A DNA stretch of 64,000 bases, from contig NEEC01000007.1 of the NCBI GenBank assembly GCA_002189035.1, positions 2,728,001-2,792,000 of the forward strand, read 5' to 3'. Within the stretch, counting starts at the first letter, position 1; each line of letters opens with the position of its first letter. The notes under the pieces were generated by a model. It saw only the letters and a list, made by a program, of their open reading frames with translations, was not told the DNA's origin and ran no database searches. This DNA is from Utricularia gibba (Eukaryota; Plantae; Magnoliophyta). Both the position numbers and the translations under genes were made by a program. Positions 25,718 through 36,502 of this stretch are shown here, one piece after another.

Positions 25718-26959
25718 ATGGGTTCCTCTTCTCCGGCAACGGCTGCGAATGTTTTCGTTTACGGTAGTCTCCTCGCCGACGAGGTCGTTGGCGCACTCCT
25801 GAATCGTGTCCCTCCATCTTCGGTTGCTGTTCTTCCTGACCAGTAAATTTTTGCTCCAATCCCATAATCTTTACTCTGTATATGAATAGATGAAATTCTG
25901 AAATTTGTGAATTATGCGCTTCTGGCATCTGGTTTTTCATGGATTTTCATGATTCGTTTCAGTGATCCATCCTTCTGTAATAACGGATACCCAGCTCCTT
26001 AACACTGAACAACTTGCTGCTTGTTTCTTTATAATGTTGGTTTGTAGCCAGAGATTTAGCATCAAGGGACGTGTTTACCCTGCAATTGTCCCCGTGAATG
26101 AAAAGCAAGTTACTGGAAAGGTTTTTCGTCTTCTCCAATGGATTTTGATGCTCGTTTCGTTTAGAAGATGGCTATGCATGATGGTCGTCTGGATATGCAA
26201 CTGATTTCAATGCAGGTACTGTTTGGTGTAACCCTCAATGAACTTCATATTTTGGATGAATTTGAGGATTATGAGTACGAAAGAGCGAAGGTTGAAGTTT
26301 TTCTCCAGGTATACAGATTTTCTTAGCTTTGTTATTTGCCTCTTGGTATTACGCATAACATTGGATTAAGGTCAGGGATTAGAGTGATCCCATATGCTCG
26401 GATAGCATGTTTTATAGTTGCATTCAGAACAGTTTTTTCTAGAAAATGGAGTTAACCTTCCTTTAAACTACTTTTTACAATACTACTTTAAGGAGTGTCT
26501 AGGACGAAAAATCTGTTGCTACAGCAAGAAGCTGAGCTGATAAGCTGTATGGAGGATCATTCCCATGTTACATTGCGTTGAGTTGAGTTGTAGGTCGCGT
26601 ACTTGGAAAACTTAATCATTACACCGTACATTGGTTTTGGCAGGATGGTTCACTGAAATTGGAAGCATTCGCTTACGTATGGCAGAATAAGACAGATCCA
26701 CACTTGAATGGTGAATGGAATTTTGAGGTATTTCATTTTGATTTACACAGCAGCACCATGGTTTGAGATGCTGGTTGATCTTGTAGGCTGACTGGCTAGT
26801 AATGCTTATTCACAGGAGTGGAAAAGATTGCACATGGAGAACTTCTTGAACATGACCAATGAATTCATGGAACAAATTAAGGTACCACATTCAAGGACTC
26901 GAGTTGCAAGCTATGAGTCTTTCTACAGAGGATTAAATGGCACGTCTCAAAATGCTTAA
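25718..26959 (+). CDS. AIG2-like (gamma-glutamylcyclotransferase-fold) protein, multi-exon
   Basis: MGSSSPATAANVFVYGSLLADEVVGALLNRVP, RFSIKGRVYPAIVPVNEKQVTGKV, ELHILDEFEDYEYER, AYVWQNK, GEWNFEEWK. Confidence 0.92.
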
Positions 26960-27595
26960 AATGGTATAATCTCAAAATGGTCTTCTTGAAAGAGTTAATC
27001 CTTCTTCTTTAAATGAATTCCGAAGATCTTGGGCAAATCCAAAGCGGGTTTTCCTGTACGTTCATCACGAAAGAGTTCTAGATCCCAATAGACCCAAACT
27101 TATGTCGAACCCGTCATTTATCAATTATTTCATCAAAGCAACTGTGAGAGTCTAGCTCATTCAAAAGGAAAAAACCAGATCAGCCCATTCATGTCTTTTT
27201 TTTTTCCCTTTGCAGAGGTCACAAAGCAGCAGTAGCAGCGGGCATCTGCCTAACAAAGTTTGAGACAGGGTGGTGAGTTTAGTCATGTCTTCATATATAA
27301 CTACGATCAGTGCCAAGTTCGACCATCCATCATGTACTCTTCTTTGTGGTCTGGGGAGATCAAGGGTGATGACCATTGGGGGAGTTAAGAGCCTCTATAT
27401 GGTAAATAATCAAATGGTATTGAATATCAAAGACGTGTAATGGTGTTTTCAGTGAAACCCCTGCTGCTATTGACTAAAACAAACAGGGTCGTTCACTAAG
27501 GAATTGGAAGCTCCATCACTTCCAGAACAATTACTTCAGAAGTATTCAAACCTAACGAAAGGAAAATTGATCAGTAAACGAAGGAGACCATGCTC

Positions 27596-28170
27596 TCAGT
27601 AGAATGCATCATCATCAGTCATCTGGAAGCCGCTGGTTTACAGCATGCTGAAAATCCTCTTCATGCCTGCACAAACACCAAAGAGATAGATGCACATTCA
27701 CTAATATGGTTCCATTATCAATCGGCGAAACAAAGGGTGGGGGCAGGCGCAGGGGACTCCACAAAGTGCAAGTTAGAATCACTACAACAAGATGAAACAC
27801 GCAAAAAAAGTAGCAAAATCTTGCTTCTCAGGTTTCCTAGCGAGGTACATGAAGGGCTTTTGGAATTTATTATTGCTTTCACAGACATATCATAGCACTG
27901 AAGCTTCTTTTTCCCATGAAAAGTGACTTGTTTGGGGGGTATTCTCACCTACATCAACCTTGTTCCCACAAAGCACAATAGGGATATTCTCCCACGCCCT
28001 AAAAGATCAACAAAATGATGCTACTTTTGTGTCACTACCAAGAAAGGTTGGGATAACCTGAAGCAGATACCAAAAACTACCTGCAGAGATCACGGTGCTT
28101 GACTTGAACATGGTTGTATGTTTGCCGAGCAGTGACACCAACACATGATTATTGCGCGCTGTACATGATG
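27596..28170 (-). pseudogene. RAN: Ran GTPase relic (C-terminal exons with introns retained)
   Basis: HVQRAIIM-GVTARQTYNHVQVKHRDLCR | ENIPIVL..GNKVDV, KQVTFHGKKKLQCYDMS, FQKPFMYLARK | SNLHFVESPAPAP | HEEDFQHAVNQRLPDD-DDDAFY*; several frameshifts; no P-loop exons. Confidence 0.9.
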
Positions 28171-29406
28171 CTGCAACATTACTCCGACAGCGGGGGAAGC
28201 GGGGAGGGGGAGACTTGAGACGCAAGTGACGATGGGTGAGTAGCGTCACAAATTTCAAATCCATGTCGGCAACAGTAGCTCGAGTCTGACGCGATGATCT
28301 GGACATCGCTCACCCTACACGTGTCCCGATTCTGGACAAGTCCCCAAGTTTAGAGCACCCCCCCCCCGGGTCTCCAGGAGATCCGACCGTTACCCAAGTT
28401 TTGGACAAATTTTGTTTTTAGAGTTGTCTAAAACGGCGTCGTTTAAGCGCATCTGGCAGCGTCTATAAAAAATACACACGACGACACTCCCTGTAAGAAG
28501 CCATCAGGTCCATTGGGATGCCACATTTGTGCAACAACCGCAGCAGCACAGAGGGACCAACGCAACTAGCGCACACAGCATCCACACCTCCCGGAAGGCG
28601 CTCTCCAACAAGCGACCATCCACACACAAGAAAGGAGCAAAACCTAACTTCCCACCATTGTTTTAATAGTAGCAAACAAAGCATGCACCATAAAACAGGG
28701 GAAGCCTGCCAACTAACCGCACGGGTAGAGATTCAAGGAACATACTACACCGTGGGAGCAACAAACTCAACAAAATGTAGACCAAAATACCTGCCGGCGA
28801 CGTGTGTCGTAGGACCATCAGCAACAAAACTAGGTATAGGCCACAAGTTGTTCCGGTGTACGGCACTGCCGAGTCAAAGGGCCACGAAAAGAGGAATCTA
28901 GCGGGGTAGCAAGTAGCATACGAAGACGAAGCCAATGTGACGATCCTTAAATCTAATCAAATATGACAACGATTTGAGGAGAGACCCCGTCATGGCCGCA
29001 GACATACATTCAAAAGAAGCATGTAGCAGAGTAGCCAGCTAGGATCCGCAATCATTCAAATCGAAGATCCCACAGAAGGGCAGTGAAGTGCAGAAGCACA
29101 AAACGATGAAGGCAGTACCAGGAACCTCGACACGAAAACAATATGGTTAATACAAAAAAAGATACCAAAAAAACTAGTGGCTTGACATACTGACAAATGT
29201 CTCACACTCAACCGTAAGAAAAAAAAAAGACGGGAAAATAAGATGAAGTGACAAACCTAATACTGAAGTAGTAACGACTTAACCAAATCCGTGGATCCAC
29301 GATGAGGCGTTGCCCCAGTTACAGTCATTTGCAAGTGGAAGCACAGTAAAACACAAATATTGAAAACCTTGGCATGATTCAAGAGATCCGGCTAGTCCTT
29401 CTTGGC

Positions 29407-30780
29407 TTAGCTCCTGCTTCTGCTCCTGCGCTTCTCACTGGCACCATTCCTGGAGAAATGTTCAAACAAAACATGCATTACAAATAACCTATTCATATCA
29501 TAACTAAAAATAGGGTATATCACGTAATCAAATACAACCTGGACTTTCTCGAACAACTCACACACATTCAAAAAACATGGACATATTATTCTTGAAGTTC
29601 ACTTACCCATTGGCATATGGGGCCTCATCTCGAGAGCGATGAGCAGGAGACCTACTGGGACTGCGACCCCTTGGTGAAACACTGCGACGAGGTGACCTCC
29701 CACGAGGACTGTAACTCCTGTGGCAATGTTTGGGCAGCATACAGTAAGTGGAAATCAGGCATCTATTAATGCTTTTGATAAGTTAGACAATCAGTAACAA
29801 TCCCCATAATGTCTGGTATACACTTTTTTCGTTCAATATTTTACCTTCGACCATAGCTGGGACTACGACGATACTTGGGAGGACTTCGGCGGTACTTAGG
29901 GGGGCTGCGACTCCTACGCCTCCCAGAACCTACACGCATCCTGCACTCACGAGCAAAATGACCGGGCTCCCCACATTCATAACACTTCAGATCAGAACCA
30001 GAGCGTCCACGACCACCTCCACCACCACCACCACCACTACCACCACCACCACCACCACCACCACCACCACCACCACCACGGCCACCTCCACCATGAGATA
30101 GCTCAACTCTCCAACCATTTTTCCCTGTTCAGAAGAAACGCACGGGGACCTCAAAAAAAATTCAACAAGTTAACCTAAGTAGCTTTGCACGAGCGGGTCT
30201 CAGGAACGCTAAGATAAAATCAAAGCATACACAATAAAACATGGATGTCTCACCATCAAGTTCTCTTATGGCATCTTGTGCATCTCGTCGGTCATCAAAA
30301 TCAATGAAAGCATAACCAGGGGGCCTTCTGGCAACCCATACACTGCACAGACCAACAATCCCAAGCAGGAGTAAAGAGGAAAACTACGAGGCACCACAAT
30401 AAATATATACAAGAAAAAGTTAAGACTTTTAGTTTATCATAATACAAATTAACTGTACTAGGAAAAATCCACACAAGGAGTTGCGGAGCGAGAAAAAAAA
30501 CACCAAGGACAACTAGAATATGCAAATCTCGCCGTGTTTTAACATTCATTGAAAAGAAAGGTGGAAATGCTACCAGAACGAAACAAACAATTTCGCCAGG
30601 CCTCGTGAGAGAAACGTCTAGTACCGCTTAGTACACAAAAGTCACGAACATACGAAGAGAATATCTTTTATGCCAACATTCATCTCGCTACCTTCTGATG
30701 ACACCGAAGACGCGAAATTCATCCTCCAGTTCGCGTTCAGTCACACGAGGATCGAGGTTTCCGACATAAACCCTGGACAT
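29407..30780 (-). CDS. RSZ22: Serine/arginine-rich splicing factor of the RSZ subfamily (RRM, CCHC knuckle, RS domain)
   Basis: [71 protein letters not shown]; ends RRSRSRS*; RSZ21 versus RSZ22 not resolved. Confidence 0.95.
30012..30095 (-). repeat. (GGT)n trinucleotide repeat encoding a poly-Gly linker in RSZ
   Basis: (acc)n on the plus strand; translates GGGGR-G13-S-G8-R. Confidence 0.9.
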
Positions 30781-31049
30781 CTTGAATTGCAGTGCCTGCA
30801 ACAACAGCATACAAAACACGAATAAAATGCACAGATCAGCGAAAATTCTCCGTAAACATTACCAAAAAAAGGCATAAACCTAATAAAAGATAATATGTGA
30901 TGATCAATTCAAAGACAAAAATGAAGATGCTGCGAGAGCCGAATCGCTCAAATCTTCGAGGCACCGACGAACCTGAAACCCTAATTTTTGGGTGTTCGAA
31001 ATATGCCCCGCGAGATCCAACCAAACCGGACAAGCTCAGCCCATCTTAT

Positions 31050-31720
31050 CTAAATGGAGTGATGGGGATGCGAATTTCCATAAATACCCACATACATGGA
31101 TTTTTTAAAACTATCTAAAAAAGGATTGTCAAAAATAATTATTTTATATGAATCCGATTACCCAATTATAAAAAAAATAGGCTACAAAATCGAAAATATA
31201 TTATATGGAAAAATAAAAAATATATTATAATATAAGATTAAGAATATTATCTCACCATATCATATTAGTTATAAACAAAAATAGATAACGTAATTAAATA
31301 GAAGAATAATTCTAATTTTGTATGAACTCTTTTTTTTAAAAGAAAAGAATGTAAATTATGAGGATTAAATGTCTAAAACAGATAATATCGTATAAAAAAA
31401 TAAGTGTATCATTACATTTAATATAAAAATTATATTTGGTAAGTGAGTTTTATTTATTAACAATGCATTAACTAGTTGTAATCCAATTGACGTCGTATAG
31501 TATAAGATTTTCGGCTATTCAATAAATTGGGTGTCATTTTAATAATCATTATTTCTTTGGGAATAATATTATATATTTCCAAAATTTGGACATGGGAAAA
31601 GTTTAATTGGGCTCATTTTCTTATATATTTTCATTTTATTATATATTCCAAAAGAAGCCCATGAAGATTAACCGGAAGCTGCTCGCCAATTCCGTTTTGG
31701 GGCCACCCGCTGACAGTTTC
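31050..31720. promoter_or_regulatory. Divergent promoter region between RSZ and DCL3
   Basis: AT-rich spacer with TGACGT (~31489) and site II-like ttgggctc, aagcccat, ggggccac (~31608-31705). Confidence 0.45.
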
Positions 31721-32014
31721 CGGCCTCGTCTGCTCTTCCGGGAACTCTCACGCCGTACAAGATTCTAGGCGTGTTCTTTAAGTGAGTCTGTCGGAGTTCT
31801 TTGAGCTAATGATGCTCTTGTTGCCCCCTTCCTTTGCATTTTTGTGGGTTTATTTTTATGTTGTTTTGGGCCAGGTGGCTCAGTCCTCTATTCGGTGCAT
31901 TTCTATCAGACAGTCATCATGTGCATTGATTTTCTCAGCAGTTGCTTAACTGACTGTAGAGGAGTAGAGTAACGGCTTAAGCCATTGAAGAGAAGATTTT
32001 TGGCCATTTTACTC

Positions 32015-35000
32015 ATGGCGGAGGACCTGGAATGCATAGCCGTGGCGTATGCTCTTCCACCATTTTTTTTTTTTTTTTGCTTTGTATTAAAGGGAAAGAA
32101 TGATGACTTACTATTTTTTTCTATTCTTGTTCTTAATGATGTAGCCATGGTGGCTTAGAAGTATCCAAAGATCTTGGTAACTTGAATCCATGCGAGGAGT
32201 TGCATGAGAAGGTGGATCCAAGTTGTGGAATGCTTCCTTATGGTAAGGAGAGTTCTAAGAATTCTCCTATTTCACCTGAACAACAATTAGCTTCAGGAGC
32301 AGGTAGCTTCCTATGCTCATTCATTCTTGTGCTGATTTTTTAGTGTCCTTGATAACTGGTTCTTTGTTGGGGTGGGCAGGGACAACGAAGAGGAAGGAAT
32401 TGCATGGTTCAGTTGGTGTCAGTGCTCTATGTGGAACCTGGGGACAACAACTACACGGTTCCTCATTCTATGCATACAAAATGGTTTTCTCTTGTAATAT
32501 TCCTGCACAAAGATACTCCAGTTATGTTCTACTATTGGAGACCAAGCTCGAGGATGACGTGGGCAACATTGAAGTCGATCTATTCTTGGTATCAAAGTTT
32601 GTCAGATGTTCTGTTTGCTACTCTGGGCAAATATATCTTGATTCCGAGCAGGTTGTTCCATACATTTTAGATTTAAAACCGTCACAGTTTTTTTTTTCCC
32701 ATATGGTTCCAAGATCCGGTTATTGATATTCCTCTGTTGTAACAGGTAGCTCAGGTGAAACGTTTCCAAGAGCTGATATTTAATGGTTTGTATGGTAAAT
32801 TGTTTGTTGGCGCATCAGGAATCAGGACATTTTTGCTTCATGCAGAGGATTCGTTATGGACTTCATCCAATATGTATTTGCTTTTACCCCTTGAGTCAGA
32901 AAATGGTGCTGGTCAGGGAAAACTGAAGATTAGCTGGACGGGGATAGAATCCTGTGCTTCTGCTGTAGATTTTTTGAAAAAAAATGCTTTATTAAATCGA
33001 CCTAATGTATGTGGTGACAATTCATCGACTGTGGCTGAAACTGGAATTGTAAAATATGATGGAAATTTCATTCACTTGGCCAATAAATCTGCACCTCTGG
33101 ATAGCCTTAATGGGAGGATGGTTATTGCCATACACACTGGAAGAATTTATTTAGTTTTTGATGTCATAGTGAATTCCTCTTCCAGAAGTCCTTTTGAAGA
33201 AAATGCTGATACTGAATATTCATCCTATTCTGATTATTTCTTCAAGAAGTACGCAATTCCAACTACATTTTAATCAATTTCATTGATTTGCATGTTCCTT
33301 AATTTTGTTACTCACAGGTATGGTATAGAACTAGAGCATCCAGAACAGCCTTTGCTTCTTCTGAAGCAAGGCCATAACTCGCATAATCTGCTTGTGGATT
33401 TTAGAAATGAAGGTTGGTATTGTTGGAATATGAGCTGCATCAGAGCTATCATGCACATACTGCTACTCTCAATTAAGTTGTCTTCTGAATAGTAGAGTTA
33501 GTACATTAATTTTTTCCTAGTGACATGCAGAGGATAACCTGTCAAGTTAAAAAGCTCCAAGCTACTTTCATTCTGCATGTTCTCAGGTGGGAAAATGGCT
33601 GTGGAGAAAAAGCCACAACAACATGCTCGCTTGCCTCCAGAACTTCTAGTTGTAACTGATATCAGTACTGATGTCTTGAAGCCCTTCTACTTGTTTCCTT
33701 CAGTAATGCATCGATTAGAGTCTTTCATGTTGGCCAGCCAACTTAGGAAAGAAATTACCGATCATATTGGAAAATGGAAGATTTCTTGCTCACTGGTATC
33801 TTTTCTTTTCTCTTTCCTTTCTCGCTCTGACTTTGTGCAGCAATACAAACTCTGTGTAAATTTGGGAGTTTCCTTCAAACTAAATGGTCTATTAATACAT
33901 GAATATTTCTGCACATAGATTTTGGAGGCCCTAACCACTCTAAGATGTAATGAAACGTTCTCCATGGAGAGACTAGAATTTCTTGGGGATTCTGTTCTGA
34001 AGTATGCAGTAAGCTGCCACCTCTTTCTTAAGCATCCTAAGGAGGACGAATCACGGTTGAGTTCTCGCCGCACAAGGGTTATTAACAACTCATACCTCCA
34101 TAAATTGGGAGTGGATCGCAAATTACAGGTACACAATACTTTGCCTGTGAGATTTATTTCATGTTATTTTTGTTGCTTTTTCTTTTCCCTTATTTGGTTG
34201 CCAAGCTTTTTTTGCATAGTTTACAATTTTCTTAGGTTTACATTCGGGATTGTGCATTTGAACCAAGACGATGGACTGCTCCAGGGCAGAGGCAAATGTG
34301 GCTTTCTCCATGTCAGCATGGCATAGATAGTAGAGAAGTACCTTTTGAAAGCAAGTTCATTAGCGAAGACAAAAGTTTAGTGATTGGGAAAACTTGCAGT
34401 AAGGGCCACAGATGGATGGGTTCAAAAACCATTTCAGATTGTGTTGAAGCTCTAATTGGAGCATACTATGTGGGCTGTGGCTTGTCTGGTGCCATTGATT
34501 TGATGAAGTGGCTTGGAATAGAGACTGCTGTTGAGCCATCACTGATAGAAGATGCCTCCAAAGTTGCTTCACTTCATTCTGTTACTTCAAAAGCCAACGA
34601 TATCAGTGCTGTGGAGTCAAAACTTGGTTATAAATTTTCTAACAAAGGATTGTTGCTGGAAGCCATAACCCATGAAACGCAATCTGTTGATTATTGCTAT
34701 CAGGTATGCAAATATCCTTGGAAGGTCTATTTGCATGTTCTTGATTGCTGATCAAATGGATGATTCTTTTTCTTCAATGGGTGCTAGCGACTCGAATTTC
34801 TTGGTGATGCCGTGCTTGGGTTACTCATCACTCAACATCTCTATGAAAATCACAAAAACATTGATCCTGGAGAGTTGACTGAACTGCGTTCTTTAGCTGT
34901 AAGCAACAATAATTTTGCAATGGCCGCTGTGAGAGGGGACCTTCACGCACACCTCCAGCATAGATCCATCGTTTTTGAAGGTCAGATATTAGAATTTGTA

Positions 35001-36270
35001 AAGTATGTTCGTGCTATGACAACTACATCACTGAAACCAGATGTTATTGCTCCCAAGGTAAGTAAAATTTTGTGTGGGTGCTCTTTTCTTTTTTTTTTTG
35101 GAATTTTCAGTTTCCATCTTTTCTTACTTTTGCCTTGTGGTTAGTACTTGAGATTCTCACATGAATTTGTAGCAATAGAGGCTTTGATCGATCTTGTCTT
35201 GCTTTTGCCTTGTGGTGTTTCATTTAGGTAGGCTCTTGGGGACTTGGTGGAAAGCCTAGCTGGTGCTGTGCTAATTGATTCTAACCTGAATCTGGCTGAA
35301 GTTTGGAGAGTATTTGAGCCTCTTTTATCTCCCATTGTGACCCCTGAGAAGCTCGAGCTTCCGCCTTTTCGTGCACTGACCAATCTCTGCGATGATCTTG
35401 GTTACTACCTCAAAGAGCGTTTCACTCAAAGAGAAAATGCATTTCATCTAGAGCTGAAGCTGCAGCTTGAAGATGCCCTGTTGACCAGTATGGGCATGGC
35501 AGCCACCAAGAAAGCTGCAAAGGGAATGGCAGCCATTCAAATGTTGAAGAAATTACAGGTTTATCTTCATATGTAGATTCCACCTGACTTTTTTTTTTCT
35601 TTTGCATTCCCTCTCCTTTTCAACCAGTTCGGATTTCAGGACAAGGGAATTTCATGCAAAAAGGCTACAGAGCACGCAGACGATGTCGTTGTTATGGAGA
35701 ATCCGAGAAAACAGAACCCATTAATCGTTTGTGAGACACCAGAGGCTTCGACTTGCAACAACAACGCGGATGTTCCAGGTATTCTGTTTGAGCCTATAAA
35801 AGCGGATGTATTGTTTCTCTTGGTGCTTTGACACATCCGCAAGATGCAGATATTTGTACCTAATGTTTGGTTCTTGCAGTGCTGCAAGCGATCGACACAG
35901 TGAAAGGCGGACCGCGCACAGCTCTATTTGCTGTTTGCAAGAAACAGCAATGGCCCAGGCCAACTTTCAATACAAAACAAGAAAACTCAAGGTCAGATTC
36001 TTCACTAGGAGGGTGACTTGTGTTGTTTTCTTCTAATACCTCTCCTAAACTGATGCATTGTTTCTTGAGCATAGAGTACCCATCTGCATCGGTAATGCTG
36101 TTGGCTTCAATAGTTTTGAGTCAGAAATCAGCCTGACGATACCGGATTTCAGAACTATCCAAGTCACTGGAGAAGCAAGGGCTGACAAGAAAAGCTCATT
36201 TGATTCTGCTGCACTTTTGATGCTTCATGAGCTTCAGAGGATGGGAAAGATTGTGATCCAGAAGCAGTAG
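32015..36270 (+). CDS. DCL3: Dicer-like 3-type endoribonuclease lacking the helicase and most of DUF283; 13 exons, ~996 aa
   Basis: DCL3 signature ASGAGTTKRKELHG; PAZ (VIAIHTGRIY..YSDYFFKKYGIELEHPEQPLL); RNase IIIa ERLEFLGDSVLK..TISDCVEALIG; RNase IIIb QRLEFLGDAVL..KALGDLVESLAGA; dsRBDs KGGPRTALFAVCKKQQWPRP and ADKKSSFDSAAL; exon lengths sum to 2991 nt in frame. Confidence 0.92.
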
Positions 36271-36502
36271 TGATAAAACCAACTTCCACCTCTCTAACAT
36301 CAGCTATTTCTGACTCCGATTTATTTCACAAATAAATCAATGCAACATGTTACTCTTCAAGTCAAACATGCCAAGTTTATCCAAACATGCAAGGTGTTTC
36401 ATGCTGCGTGGCTAGTAAAAACCTTGTCTGAATCCTATCTCTAGTTAGCCATCTTCTCATAAGTAGAACCATGAACCATTTAGGCATCCACAGTAAACCT
36501 GG

